64,000 bases of DNA from Longimicrobiales bacterium (GCA_041690395.1 JAWLHJ010000004.1:209355-273354), one strand, 5' to 3'; counted from the first letter of the stretch, positions 1 through 10,355 are shown. Program-made: numbers and translations. The notes: generated from the letters alone by a model not told the origin.

Positions 1-220
1 TCACGTCGGCACTCTCGGGCGGCTCGAGCCGCGGACGCTCCTCGCTCCCGCGCCCGGCCACTGCCCCCGCCACGAGCAGCGCGACCATGCCGTTCGGGTC
101 CACCCAACGGACGTGGCGCGCGTCGAAAAGCGTGCGCTCGGCGTCCAGTCGCGAAACCTCGTCGAAGAATCCATCGACCGTCTGCTGGTCGAGGGACCCG
201 GGGACCGACACCACCTTCAT
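1..220 (-). CDS. Partial CDS running off the window edge; STAS/anti-anti-sigma-like N-terminal domain
   Basis: ATG at 220 overlaps the upstream TGA (ATGA). Hand translation gives MKVVSVPGSLDQQTVDGFFDEVSRLDAERTLFDARHVRWVDPNGMVALL, a STAS-like pattern (D-x3-VRWVD-x2-G). Not in the ORF track. Confidence 0.6.
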   Translation of the reverse strand, partial: MKVVSVPGSLDQQTVDGFFDEVSRLDAERTLFDARHVRWVDPNGMVALLVAGAVAGRGSEERPRLEPPESADV

Positions 221-1218
221 CGGCGCTCCTCCACGTGTGAGAGTCGTCCGGCCAGATGCCGGTACAGGCCTCGCGCGCCCCGGTGGCCGACGTTCAGCGC
301 GGCCAGACGGTTCGCTTCCCGCATGGCGTCTTCCACGGGATCTCCGGCGAGAAGTCGCGCGAAGGTCGTGGCGCCCCAGACATCGCCGCACCCCGTCGGG
401 TCGCCGTCTCTGGCCGCTCCATCCAACGGGACCCGTCCGCTCCGGGAGCGTGGCGCCCGTCTCACACGCCCCTCCGTGCGCCACAGCATGGGATCCGCCG
501 CGAGATCCTGGTTCACCACGTACGCCGCGCCGCGCCCACCGAGCGTCACGGCCAGGAGCTTCAGCTCCGGGCCCATCGCCTCGGCGGCGAGCACCCACGG
601 GTCGCCCGACGCACCGAGCCTGCCGAACTCGTCCTCGTTCATCTGCACGGCGTCGAAGCATCGCATCCACGCCACCCACGCCTCGAGCGGACGAGGCACG
701 CGCGTGCCCGACCGCGTGATGCCGAGAAAGAGCGAGTGGAGGTCCGCCCAGGTCGGGCCTCCGTACCCCATGTGGAGGGCGCGGGCCGTCTCGAGCTCCA
801 TCTCGAAGCCGGAGATGAAGTTGACGTAGAGCGCGTCGCTCAGCTCCGTGAACGGCGACAGCTCTGGCCACGTCCACGGCGGCACGCCGCCATGCATGCG
901 CTCGGTGCGACGAGCCGTGTCCTCGTAACGGAGCTCGACGCGGTTGTTCGGCTCGGGGACCACCACGATGCCGCGGTCGTCCACCCGGGGGATCTCCAGC
1001 AGGAACCGCCGGCCCTCCTCGGCGAGGTCCCGCCCGACCTTCACGATGGGGAGGATCCGCCAGTCGTCCGGGAGCGCGGCGCTGAGCGCGGAGAGGGCGT
1101 AGGCGATGCCGCCCCACTCCTCGACCGGCTCGCTCCGGCTGTCCCGGTCGAAGATCCGGTCCCAGATCAGGGTGCCGACCACGCCGAGCGTGCGGGCCTC
1201 GTCGGCCGACAACGTCAC
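217..1218 (-). CDS. PfkB/ribokinase-family carbohydrate kinase
   Basis: C-terminal DPTGCGDVW anion-hole motif, QMNEDE and VTLGGRGA. GTG start at 1218 overlaps the ROK gene stop (GTGA). Confidence 0.8.
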   Translation of the reverse strand: MTLSADEARTLGVVGTLIWDRIFDRDSRSEPVEEWGGIAYALSALSAALPDDWRILPIVKVGRDLAEEGRRFLLEIPRVDDRGIVVVPEPNNRVELRYEDTARRTERMHGGVPPWTWPELSPFTELSDALYVNFISGFEMELETARALHMGYGGPTWADLHSLFLGITRSGTRVPRPLEAWVAWMRCFDAVQMNEDEFGRLGASGDPWVLAAEAMGPELKLLAVTLGGRGAAYVVNQDLAADPMLWRTEGRVRRAPRSRSGRVPLDGAARDGDPTGCGDVWGATTFARLLAGDPVEDAMREANRLAALNVGHRGARGLYRHLAGRLSHVEERR

Positions 1219-2201
1219 GACGCGGCCTCCGTCTCGGACACGAAGACGCCGACCGCTCCGATCACCCCTGCGGTCTCGGGAAGCTCCCCGGCCACGATCG
1301 TGCAGGCACGCGCGGCCCAGTCGAAGGCCCTCCGTCGGACTTCGGAGCGCAGCGGACCCATCAGGTGCTCGCCCGCCCGGGTCACGCCGCCGACCAGCAC
1401 GACCCGCTCCGGATTCAGCACGTTGACGAGGTTGGCGATTCCCGCCGCCAGGAACTTCGCCGTCTCGAGCATGACCTCCTGGGCGTAGGCGTCGCCGCCG
1501 ACCAGCGCTTCGTACACCGTGAGCGCCGTGATCGAGGAGAGGTCGCCGTCGACCAACTCCGGAATCGACGATCGGTATCCGACCTCGATCCCCTCCCGCG
1601 CGCGGGCCGCGATGTTCGGCCCGGACGCGTACGCTTCGAGGCAGCCGTAGTTGCCGCAGGCGCAGCGCCGGCCGTGCAGGTCGATCGTCATGTGCCCGAC
1701 CTCGCCCGCCGAGCCGGAGGCGCCGCGCACCAGCTTGCCGTCGAGGACGATCCCGCCGCCGATACCGGTGCCGAGGGTCAGCCCGACGAGCGAGCGCACC
1801 CCCCGCCCCGCCCCCATCCACCACTCGCCGTAGGTGGCGCAGTTGGCGTCGTTGTCGAGCGTGGCCGGCAGGTCGAGCGCGTCGGAGATCCGGTCGCGAA
1901 TAGGGTAGCCGTCCCAGCCGAGGTTCGGCGTCTCGACGACCACACCGGCGTCGAGGTCGAGCGGCCCCGGACAGCCGATCCCCACCCCCACCACGTCGGC
2001 CCGCGTGCCCCCGTGTCGCGAGAGCGTCTCCTCGATGGCGGCGTCGACCATGCGCGCCACGTCCGTGACCGCCGCGTCTCCACCCCGCGCGGGCTCCGTC
2101 GCCCGGGAGCGCAGTCCCTCGGGAGGGCCGCCCTCCGCGGGCACGACCCCGACGACGAGGTTCGTCCCGCCGATGTCGACACCGACGACCCAGCGGCTCA
2201 C
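1215..2201 (-). CDS. ROK-family sugar kinase (glucokinase-like)
   Basis: GVDIGGT, DNDANCA, LGTGIGGG, GEVGH and CACGNYGCLEAYAS motifs; no N-terminal HTH. Confidence 0.92.
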   Translation of the reverse strand: MSRWVVGVDIGGTNLVVGVVPAEGGPPEGLRSRATEPARGGDAAVTDVARMVDAAIEETLSRHGGTRADVVGVGIGCPGPLDLDAGVVVETPNLGWDGYPIRDRISDALDLPATLDNDANCATYGEWWMGAGRGVRSLVGLTLGTGIGGGIVLDGKLVRGASGSAGEVGHMTIDLHGRRCACGNYGCLEAYASGPNIAARAREGIEVGYRSSIPELVDGDLSSITALTVYEALVGGDAYAQEVMLETAKFLAAGIANLVNVLNPERVVLVGGVTRAGEHLMGPLRSEVRRRAFDWAARACTIVAGELPETAGVIGAVGVFVSETEAAS

Positions 2202-2217
2202 GGGCGGCGCTCCGCGG

Positions 2218-3249
2218 TCAACGCGCGGTCTCCTGGAGCGCCCGCTCGGTCGCGGCGGCGACGTCGTCGATGGCGATGAGCTTCATGCACTCCTCATGCG
2301 CTTCGGAAAGCAGCGTACCAGCGCCCTTGCGGGGGCAGTGGTTCCGGTAGCAGGGCTTGCAGGGCAGATCGGCGCCGGTCACACCGAAGTCCGGCGCGCC
2401 CGTCTGGCGGACCTCGTTCGGATCGGACGACCCCCACAGGCTCACGGTAGGGGTCCCCACCGCGCCGGCAAGGTGCATCGGGCCCGTGTCGTTGGTGACG
2501 AGCAGGTCCACGACCGCCAGAACGGCCGCGAGATCGTCGATGCCGGTCCGTCCGCCGAGGTCGACGCAGCCCGGCGCGGCGGCGGCGACCCGGGCGGTCT
2601 GCGCCCGCTCGCCCGGCCCGCCGATGACGATCACCCGGTCTCCGGCCCGCACGCGTGCCTTCGCCAACTCCGCGAAGCGCTCCAGCGGCCACCGTCGGGC
2701 CGGCGCGTTGGCGCCGGGAAAGAGCCCGACCAGTCGGCGGCTCCCGTCCCGCAGCTCACCGCTCCATCGCGCGACCAGAGCGTCCGGCACCTCGAGTCGG
2801 TGCGAGATCGGCTCCACGTCCGTGTCCTGGCCGAGGAGCAGGCGGTACTGGTTGATCCGGTGGAGCGACCAGAGCTCCGCGGCGTCGATCCGGTCACTGA
2901 GCATCCAGGTGCGCGAGTCGGTCGCGGTCCCGCGAAGCTCTCCCACCCCGCCCCACCGCAGCATCCACGCAGCGGAGAAGGACGGCGTCATGAGCATGCC
3001 GCGCCGGTAGCCGCGTCCGCGGAGCATGCGCACGGCGGCCCTCCATCCCCGGAAACCCCGCTCGAACGTGAGCACTCGCCCCGGACCCAGCGCCATCTCC
3101 AGGATGGGTGCGAGGCCGCGCACGACCAGGACGTCGGCCGATTCGGCCACCAGCGCGGGGAGCGCCAGGACGACGTCGCCCAGATGGTTCGGCGCGCGAA
3201 TGATGGTCGAGCGGGTCCGGCCGCCCCCGGTCCCGGCCACCTCGCTCAC
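2218..3249 (-). CDS. waaF: Glycosyltransferase family 9, LPS heptosyltransferase II-like
   Basis: PNHLGDVVLALP, PGA..RRWP and TNDTGPMHLAGAVGTPTVSLWG motifs. GTG at 3249 just after the lepA stop was chosen as start. Confidence 0.82.
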   Translation of the reverse strand: MSEVAGTGGGRTRSTIIRAPNHLGDVVLALPALVAESADVLVVRGLAPILEMALGPGRVLTFERGFRGWRAAVRMLRGRGYRRGMLMTPSFSAAWMLRWGGVGELRGTATDSRTWMLSDRIDAAELWSLHRINQYRLLLGQDTDVEPISHRLEVPDALVARWSGELRDGSRRLVGLFPGANAPARRWPLERFAELAKARVRAGDRVIVIGGPGERAQTARVAAAAPGCVDLGGRTGIDDLAAVLAVVDLLVTNDTGPMHLAGAVGTPTVSLWGSSDPNEVRQTGAPDFGVTGADLPCKPCYRNHCPRKGAGTLLSEAHEECMKLIAIDDVAAATERALQETAR

Positions 3250-3251
3250 CG

Positions 3252-5054
3252 TCAGTCCGAGCCCAGGTTCAGCACCGCCAGGAACGCCTCCTGGGGGATC
3301 TCCACCGAGCCGACCGCCTTCATGCGCTTCTTCCCCTCCTTCTGCTTCTCCAAAAGCTTCCGCTTTCGGCTGATGTCGCCGCCGTAGCACTTCGCGGTCA
3401 CGTTCTTCCTGAGCGCCTGAACGTTGCTCCGGGCGATCACGTTGTTCCCGATGGTAGCCTGTAGTGCGACCTGGAACTGCTGCCGGGGGATCAGCTCCTT
3501 GAGCTTGCTCACGAGGTCACGGCCGTACTCGTACGCCTTGTCCTCGTGGATGATGACGCTGAAGGCGTCCACCGGATCGCCGTTGAGGAGGATGTCGAGC
3601 CGGACGAGGTCGTCCTCCCGGTACTCGAGGAACTCGTAGTCCAGCGCGGCATACCCGCGAGTCCCGCTCTTGAGCCGGTCGTAGAAGTCGAGCACGATCT
3701 CGGAGAGCGGCAGCTCGAAGTCGATCTCCACACGCTGCGTGTCGAGATAGCTCATCCCCTTGAAGACGCCTCGCCGCTCGTGGCAGAGCTTCTGGACGTT
3801 CCCGATGTACTCGGACGGGCACAGGATACGCGCACGCACGATGGGCTCCGAGATGCTGTCGATCTTCCCGGGGGGCGGCAGCGCCGTGGGGCTCTCGATC
3901 TCGAGCTCGGTCCCGTCCGTGAGCTTCACGTGGTACTCCACGTTCGGAACGGTGGTGATCAGCTCGACACCGAACTCGCGGTCCAGCCGTTCCTGGACGA
4001 TCTCCATGTGCAGGAGCCCCAGGAAGCCGCACCGGAACCCGAAGCCGAGCGCGACGGAGGTCTCCGGCTCGTACTGCAGGCTCGCGTCGTTGAGCTTCAG
4101 CCGCTCGAGCGCGTCACGCAGCTCCTCGTACTCGTCCGAATCCGTCGGGTACAGGCCGGCGAAGACCATCGGGCGAGCCTCCTGGTATCCGGGCAGGAGC
4201 GTCGTCGCGCGATTGTCCGCGTCGAGGATCGTGTCGCCGACCTTGGTGTCGCCGACCTCCTTGATCGCCGCGACCACGTATCCGACCTCTCCCGGTCCGA
4301 GCTCCTTCGTCTGGACCCGGCCGAGCTTCATGTGCCCGACCTCGGTGATCTCGTACTTGGCTTCCGCGTTTCCGAAGGCGATACGCATGCCCGGGCGGAG
4401 CTTGCCGTCCATGACGCGGACGGAGGGCACGGCGCCCAGGTACTTGTCGTAGTACGAGTCGAAGATGAGCGCGCGGAGCGGGGCGTCCGGATCACCTTCG
4501 GGCGGAGGGACCCTCTCGACGACCGCTTCGAGGATCTCGGGGATCCCGATCCCTTCCTTGGCGCTGGCCAACAGCACGGAGTCCGGGTCCACCCCCAGGA
4601 GGTCGGCGATCTCGTCCCGACGCTTCTCCGGCTCCGCCCCCGGCAGGTCGATCTTGTTCACCACGGGGATGATCTCGAGGTCCGCATCGAGCGCCAGGAA
4701 CAGGTTGGACAGCGTCTGCGCCTGCACGCCCTGGGTGGCGTCGACCACCAAGATGGCCCCCTCGCACGCCGCCAGGGAGCGCGAGACCTCGTAGGTGAAG
4801 TCCACGTGCCCGGGCGTGTCGATCAGATTGAGCTGGTACTCCCGCCCGTCCTGTGCCTTATACGCCATGCGCACGGCGTGGAGCTTGATCGTGATGCCAC
4901 GCTCGCGCTCGAGCTCGTTGTCGTCGAGCACCTGCTCGCGCATGCGACGCTGGTCGAGGGTGCTGGTGCCCTCGAGCAGTCGGTCCGCGAGCGTCGACTT
5001 GCCGTGGTCGATGTGCGCGACGATGCAGAAGTTCCGGATGTTGGCAATTTGCAC
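3252..5054 (-). CDS. lepA: Translation elongation factor 4 (LepA)
   Basis: [58 protein letters not shown] start at 5054. Confidence 0.98.
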   Translation of the reverse strand: MQIANIRNFCIVAHIDHGKSTLADRLLEGTSTLDQRRMREQVLDDNELERERGITIKLHAVRMAYKAQDGREYQLNLIDTPGHVDFTYEVSRSLAACEGAILVVDATQGVQAQTLSNLFLALDADLEIIPVVNKIDLPGAEPEKRRDEIADLLGVDPDSVLLASAKEGIGIPEILEAVVERVPPPEGDPDAPLRALIFDSYYDKYLGAVPSVRVMDGKLRPGMRIAFGNAEAKYEITEVGHMKLGRVQTKELGPGEVGYVVAAIKEVGDTKVGDTILDADNRATTLLPGYQEARPMVFAGLYPTDSDEYEELRDALERLKLNDASLQYEPETSVALGFGFRCGFLGLLHMEIVQERLDREFGVELITTVPNVEYHVKLTDGTELEIESPTALPPPGKIDSISEPIVRARILCPSEYIGNVQKLCHERRGVFKGMSYLDTQRVEIDFELPLSEIVLDFYDRLKSGTRGYAALDYEFLEYREDDLVRLDILLNGDPVDAFSVIIHEDKAYEYGRDLVSKLKELIPRQQFQVALQATIGNNVIARSNVQALRKNVTAKCYGGDISRKRKLLEKQKEGKKRMKAVGSVEIPQEAFLAVLNLGSD

Positions 5055-5422
5055 GGAAAGGAGTGCCGAATGAGTGAACGGAAGAGTCCGAAAAGCTAAC
5101 GCAGGGGTCGAACCCCTCGAAGTGCCCCGGTCCGGACAGGGGCGCGGACGAGGGGCAACCCTCCTTGCGGCCCGCAGGCTCATAAGCACCTGTTGTGCAA
5201 CCGCTTAACCGGACCAGTCGGGCACGCTCATGCCCGGAGCGGTCCGGTCGCCGCCCACCCGATCACCTGGGGACCTCTTCCCCCCGCGCGCCTACCGGTA
5301 CGTCCCTTGCTTCCGGCGAGCCCGCCCCCGGTCGACGCCCAGGCCTCGCCGGGAGCACCCGGAATCGCCGGATCCTCGCTGGCGCCCCCCAAGAACCCAA
5401 TGACCGTATCACGGAGTCACCT

Positions 5423-6439
5423 ATGAATTCTCCGCGCGCGCTGTTCGCGGCCGCGGCGACCATCGTCACGCTCTCGGCCTGCGACGTTCCGACCGAGCCC
5501 CCGATGTTCGAGCCGCGCTGGATCATCCCCGTCGAAGAGACCTCGCTCTCGGTCGACGAGCTCCTTCCCGCGAACGTCGCGGTGTCGGGCGACGCTTTCG
5601 ACGTTTCCGTCGATCCCGTCTCGGCGCTCGAGACGCTCGGCGACCTGTGCCCCGGCTGCGCGGCCGCCGACGGCATGGTCGCGCCGGTGCCCGCCTTCAA
5701 CGGCTCCTTCGTGTCGACCCAGGGCCTCCCGGCCGACGTCGCATCCGCGGAGGTGTCCGGCGGCTCCATCGACATCGAGGTCCTCAACGGCTTCACCTTC
5801 GATCCGCTCGACAACGGCGGGTCGGTGACGATCTCGATCGCGGACGACGTCACCGGCGAGCTGCTGGGCCAGCTCGTCCTGGAGGATCCGACGGACGATC
5901 TGCAGCCGAACGTTCCCGTGTTCCGGAGCATTTCGGTCCAGCCCGGCTCGATCACGGGCCCGATCCGGGCCACCACGACGGTGGACGCCCCCGGCGGGCA
6001 GTCGGCGTTCATCGACGTCTCCGACCAGATCCAGGTGACCTCGACGGTTCAGTCGCTCCTGGTGAGCGCCGTGACGATCGACGTCGGCAACCGGTCGGTC
6101 ACCCTCGACGAGCAGGAGGTCGAGCTGGAAGACATCGACCAGGAAGTCGCCGACCGGATCATCGAGGGTTCCATCATCCTGGACATCGACAATCCGTTCG
6201 GGGTCAGCCTCGACGGGACCATCGAGATCGGGAGCACGTCGAAGAGCCTGTCCATCACCGATGCGGAGACGTCGACCGTCACGCTGACCTATACCGGAGA
6301 GGAGCTCCGCTCGTTCATCGGCCAGCCCAGCGTGTTCTTCCGCGGCAGCGGCGTGGCCAACGGCACCGCGGTCACGATCGCACCCGGCCAGGTGATGCTC
6401 ATCGAAGCGACGCTCGACTTCACGATTCTGATCGGCTGA
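5423..6439 (+). CDS. Uncharacterised beta-rich lipoprotein
   Basis: GGAG SD, signal peptide with lipobox LSAC, acidic beta-strand-rich body, CPGC motif. Confidence 0.75.
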   Translation: MNSPRALFAAAATIVTLSACDVPTEPPMFEPRWIIPVEETSLSVDELLPANVAVSGDAFDVSVDPVSALETLGDLCPGCAAADGMVAPVPAFNGSFVSTQGLPADVASAEVSGGSIDIEVLNGFTFDPLDNGGSVTISIADDVTGELLGQLVLEDPTDDLQPNVPVFRSISVQPGSITGPIRATTTVDAPGGQSAFIDVSDQIQVTSTVQSLLVSAVTIDVGNRSVTLDEQEVELEDIDQEVADRIIEGSIILDIDNPFGVSLDGTIEIGSTSKSLSITDAETSTVTLTYTGEELRSFIGQPSVFFRGSGVANGTAVTIAPGQVMLIEATLDFTILIG

Positions 6440-6450
6440 GGAAACGACCC

Positions 6451-7746
6451 ATGACCATGAAGCACTTCTTTCGTGTTGTGATGGCGGTGGTCGTGTCCAC
6501 CGCCGTCCTCGGCGCTCCGCGGACCGCGGACGCCCAGCTCGCCAACGCGAGCGCATCGACCCTGGCCCTCTCGGGCGCCACCACGGCGACCGCCCGCGGC
6601 TTCGGCGCCATCAGCGTGAATCCGGCCGGGCTCGGCATGCCCGGCTCCGGGTTCAGCCTGGCCCTCCTCCCCATCCAGGCGCGAGCCGGCCTCGGTCCGG
6701 TGACCCTCTCCGACCTCAATGAATACCAGGGCGTGGTCGTACCCGACGCCGTGATCGAGGAGTGGCTCACGCGCATCGAGGACGCCGGCGGGCAGTCGGG
6801 CCTCGTAGGTGTGGACGTGTCGGGGCTCGCGCTGACTTTCGGGAACTTCGGACTGCAGGTCTCGACGACGGCGTCCAGCGACTTCGTCATCCCCGCCGGC
6901 GTGGCTGAAGCCTTCATGCAGGGGAACGCCGGCCGCACGGGCGACGCGACCGATCTGGACCTGACGGACCTCGGGATCGATGCCTTCGCCTCCAGCACGG
7001 CGGGCCTCAGCTACGCCTTCCCGGTCGGTCCGGCCATGTTCGGCGTGACCGGTAAGTACACGGTCGGCCACGGCCTGGCGGTGGCACGCGCCACCTCCGG
7101 ATCGATTTCGACGGACCCGATCTCCATTTCGCTGGAGAGCCCGGCCATCGCGCCCTGCGACGACGCGATTCTCGGAGGGTGCAATGAGAGCATCGGCAAC
7201 AACGGGAGCGGCTTCGGCGCCGACGTCGGATTCATGATGGAGCTGCCGATGCTCACGGTCGGAGCGTCCGTCATCAACCTGTTCAACACCTTCTCCTGGG
7301 ACCTCGCCACGCTGTCGTACCGGCCCGGCACCGCCCAGTATGAAGACGGCACGTACGACTCCGAGTTCGACGAGGCTCCGCTCGCCGGAGCCCCCGCGGA
7401 TATCCGGGCGATCGTCGACGAGTACACATTCAAGCCGACCCTGCGCGTCGGTGCGGCGATGGACTTTCCGATGGACCTCACCGTCTCGGCGGACATCCAC
7501 CATCAGGTGAGTGACGAAGGGATCGCCCTCGGACCGCGCTCCCATCTCGGCGTCGGCGCGGAGTGGCGGGCTTTGAAGCTCATCCATCTCCGGGCCGGCC
7601 TCGGGCTCATCACGGGCGGCACGCAGTACAGCGGCGGCGCCTCCCTCGTGCTCGGCCCGGTGAACCTCTCCGTCGCCGGCGCCGCGCGGAGCGGGGACAA
7701 CGAGGGTGCGCTCACGCAGTTCACGCTCTCGTTCGGGAACCGCTGA
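6451..7746 (+). CDS. Outer-membrane beta-barrel protein (DUF5723/TraF/FadL-like)
   Basis: Signal peptide ending ADA-Q, NPAGL motif near the N-terminus, alternating beta strands, C-terminal FTLSF. Confidence 0.65.
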   Translation: MTMKHFFRVVMAVVVSTAVLGAPRTADAQLANASASTLALSGATTATARGFGAISVNPAGLGMPGSGFSLALLPIQARAGLGPVTLSDLNEYQGVVVPDAVIEEWLTRIEDAGGQSGLVGVDVSGLALTFGNFGLQVSTTASSDFVIPAGVAEAFMQGNAGRTGDATDLDLTDLGIDAFASSTAGLSYAFPVGPAMFGVTGKYTVGHGLAVARATSGSISTDPISISLESPAIAPCDDAILGGCNESIGNNGSGFGADVGFMMELPMLTVGASVINLFNTFSWDLATLSYRPGTAQYEDGTYDSEFDEAPLAGAPADIRAIVDEYTFKPTLRVGAAMDFPMDLTVSADIHHQVSDEGIALGPRSHLGVGAEWRALKLIHLRAGLGLITGGTQYSGGASLVLGPVNLSVAGAARSGDNEGALTQFTLSFGNR

Positions 7747-7785
7747 CGGGTGAGCCGCATCCCTCGCGGGGTCGGGTGAAAAGAA

Positions 7786-7818
7786 GAGGGCCGGGGCGCG
7801 ATGCGCGCCCCGGCCCTC
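7786..7818. terminator. Bidirectional intrinsic terminator
   Basis: Perfect 15-bp stem GAGGGCCGGGGCGCG / CGCGCCCCGGCCCTC with a 3-nt loop, A-rich on the left and GTTTC on the right, between convergent genes. Confidence 0.85.
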
Positions 7819-7825
7819 GTTTCAT

Positions 7826-9253
7826 TCAGTGGAGCGTCCGGTTCCCACCACCACCCGGGCGCCCGGTGGAAGCTCCGCCCCGTGGAGGTCGGGCTCCTCG
7901 GGCGGGACGGGTGCCGCGCGGGGGCGGAGCCCCACGCGTCGACGCACCTCCTCGCGAAGGCCGTGCTCCGCGGGCCGGCGGTGCCGCTCGAGCGGGACGG
8001 GCGACCCGCGGCCGCTCCCGGTCGCCCACACCGGTGCGCGGAGCCGCCGAGGGTGGCGGCGCGGGCCTGCGCCGGTCCCTGGCCGCCGGCTGCGTCCGCC
8101 GGTCGGGTCCCGCCGGTCGGGCGCCAGCCGAAGGCGGGCCGGCAGGCGCCTTCCCGCGGTCGGCTGCCCGTGGGGTCCCTCGGGTCGGCGCGGTCCGGGC
8201 CGACCGACGTGCGTCGGCGGCCTCGGCGGCCGCTGCCGCCGCGCGGCGGGACGCGGCCGTGCTACCGCGGATACCGGTCGTGACCGGGCGATCTGCCGCC
8301 GAGCGCGCGCGGTCCCGGGCGGCCGGCGCACTCCGCGGGGTCGCCGAACGCGCGGGGACGATCCGCCCGGACGAGGCGCTGCCACGACGCGCCGACGCGT
8401 CGGCCGCGGCGCGGCGGCCGGGAGCCTCCTTGAACTCGACCTGCGGCGCGGGAGCCGACCTCACCCTCACGATGGGCGCCCAGGCCTCGGCGGGCCTCCT
8501 CGCGGCGACGTCGTAGCGAGGCCGGTCCGGAATCGGTCTCGGGAAGACGACCCGGGTCCCGGCGTAGCGGTAGGCCGGATGGAAGTAGGGATCGTCGTAG
8601 ATCACCACACGATAGGTGGAGCAGACGGTCTCGTAGGGATTCCACTCGGCGAACGTGCGGTAGGTATGACAGTCGTAACAGAGGAATCTGGGATAGCTGC
8701 GGGGCTCGTCCACGTGGTACGTGGCGAAGTCGAGCCCGTACGGCACGTCCTGCCACCCCGGCACGATCGCCATGATGAAGTCGTCCATGGCGACGTAGGG
8801 ATCGTCGTACACCACGCTCCCGACCGCCGACAGGTCCCATCCGAAATCCCGATGGTACCGGAACGCGCTGAAGTCGAGGGGCTCGGGTGAGGCGACGAGG
8901 AACATGTACCCGACGCCCGGATCGTCCGCGACCATCCAATAGGGCGAGCGGGCGAGCACCAACTGGTGGTCGCGCCGTCCTCTCACGAAGCCGTCGTCGC
9001 CGGGTTGGGACGGGGAGACCAGGCGCACCCGACCGTCCGTGTCGATCTGGAACACCGCCGCGTAGGCGTCTTCCGATGTCCGGTAGCGGATCCGCACGCG
9101 CTCGCCGCGGCGCACCACCGGCTCCTCGCCGTCTCCGAGCCAGAGCCGCGCCTCGACGACGTCCTCGTCCGCGGCCGTCTGAGCCGCTACCGGACCGCTC
9201 GCCAGGGCGACGAGCGTCGCTCCCGCGAGCCCCAGCAACATGCGGTATCCCAT
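7826..9253 (-). CDS. Secreted DUF4384-domain protein with R/A/P/G low-complexity tail
   Basis: Signal peptide; GERVRIRYRTSEDAYAAVFQIDTDGRVRLVSP DUF4384 pattern; CYDCH motif; basic disordered C-terminus. Confidence 0.75.
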   Translation of the reverse strand: MGYRMLLGLAGATLVALASGPVAAQTAADEDVVEARLWLGDGEEPVVRRGERVRIRYRTSEDAYAAVFQIDTDGRVRLVSPSQPGDDGFVRGRRDHQLVLARSPYWMVADDPGVGYMFLVASPEPLDFSAFRYHRDFGWDLSAVGSVVYDDPYVAMDDFIMAIVPGWQDVPYGLDFATYHVDEPRSYPRFLCYDCHTYRTFAEWNPYETVCSTYRVVIYDDPYFHPAYRYAGTRVVFPRPIPDRPRYDVAARRPAEAWAPIVRVRSAPAPQVEFKEAPGRRAAADASARRGSASSGRIVPARSATPRSAPAARDRARSAADRPVTTGIRGSTAASRRAAAAAAEAADARRSARTAPTRGTPRAADRGKAPAGPPSAGARPAGPDRRTQPAARDRRRPAPPPSAAPRTGVGDRERPRVARPARAAPPARGARPSRGGASTRGAPPPRGTRPARGARPPRGGASTGRPGGGGNRTLH

Positions 9254-9372
9254 GCCTTCCCTCCTGCCTGCCTGACCGATCGACGCACTACTCTACACGG
9301 GGATCGCCGCGAAGGTCACGCCGCGGGCCGCCCACGGGGCTCGCACCGCCGCTCCCGGGCGACCACCGACCG

Positions 9373-9401
9373 TTGAGCTTGCCCCCCCTCCCCGGTAGCT
9401 T
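9373..9401 (+). promoter_or_regulatory. Putative sigma70-type promoter
   Basis: TTGAGC-N17-TAGCTT ending 11 nt before the ATG at 9413. Confidence 0.5.
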
Positions 9402-9412
9402 CACCCACTCCG

Positions 9413-10342
9413 ATGGACACCACGAAGAACCGCGCCGGCAGCGGCGCCCGGCTCGATCTGCTCGATCCAGCGGCCCTCTCGAAGCTGGGTGGGGTCGAGT
9501 TCGTCGCGCGCCAGGTGGTCGAGGGCTTCCTCATGGGGCTCCACCGTTCCCCGCACCGCGGCTTCTCCGCGGAGTTCGCGGAGCTGAGGGCCTACCAGAC
9601 GGGAGACGATCTGCGCCACATCGATTGGCGTATGTACGGCCGCTCCGACCGTTTCTACGTGAAGCAGTTCGAGGAGGAGACCAACCTCAGGGCGTACCTC
9701 CTGGTCGACGTCAGCGAGTCGATGGGTTGGAGCTCCGACCCGGGCACGCTCCCGGACAAGCTCTGGTACGCCAAACAGCTCGCGGCCTCGCTGGCGCTCG
9801 TCCTGCTCCGGCAGGGCGACGCGGTCGGCCTGACGGCCTTCCACGACGAGGTGGTCGCCCGGGTCGCCCCGCGCGGCGGGCGGCGGCAGTGGAAGGAGCT
9901 GGCGCGCTCGCTCGACGACCTCTCGGCCGTGGGCAGCACGTCGGCCGAGGGCGCGCTCCGGGACGTGGCGGTGCGGCTCCGGCGGCGCGGGCTCGTCGTC
10001 CTCCTCTCCGACATGCTGGTGGCACGGGAAGAGACGCTGACGGCTCTCAAGTACCTCAGGCACCACGGGCACGAGGTGCTCGTGTTCCACGTCCTCGACC
10101 CCGGAGAGCGTGAGCTCCCGGCCGCATCCGAGGCCCGCTTCTTCGATCCCGAGAGCGGCCGTGAGCTCCTCGTGAGCGTGGCCGACGTGCGCAACGAGTA
10201 CCGAGAGGCGGTCGACGAGGCGCTCCAGGAGTGGCGGCGCGAATTGAAGCCCCAGGGGATCGACTACGAAGTCGTGCAAACGGACCGCCCTCTGGGCATC
10301 GCGCTCCGCGCCTATCTGCGGAAGCGCGAGCGCCTCGGATGA
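9413..10342 (+). CDS. DUF58 (vWA-like, MoxR-associated) protein
   Basis: GLHRSPHRGFSAEFAELRAY..GDDLRHIDW..VKQFEEE and DVSESM MIDAS-like motif. Confidence 0.92.
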   Translation: MDTTKNRAGSGARLDLLDPAALSKLGGVEFVARQVVEGFLMGLHRSPHRGFSAEFAELRAYQTGDDLRHIDWRMYGRSDRFYVKQFEEETNLRAYLLVDVSESMGWSSDPGTLPDKLWYAKQLAASLALVLLRQGDAVGLTAFHDEVVARVAPRGGRRQWKELARSLDDLSAVGSTSAEGALRDVAVRLRRRGLVVLLSDMLVAREETLTALKYLRHHGHEVLVFHVLDPGERELPAASEARFFDPESGRELLVSVADVRNEYREAVDEALQEWRRELKPQGIDYEVVQTDRPLGIALRAYLRKRERLG

Positions 10343-10355
10343 CCGGTAGCGCCCG

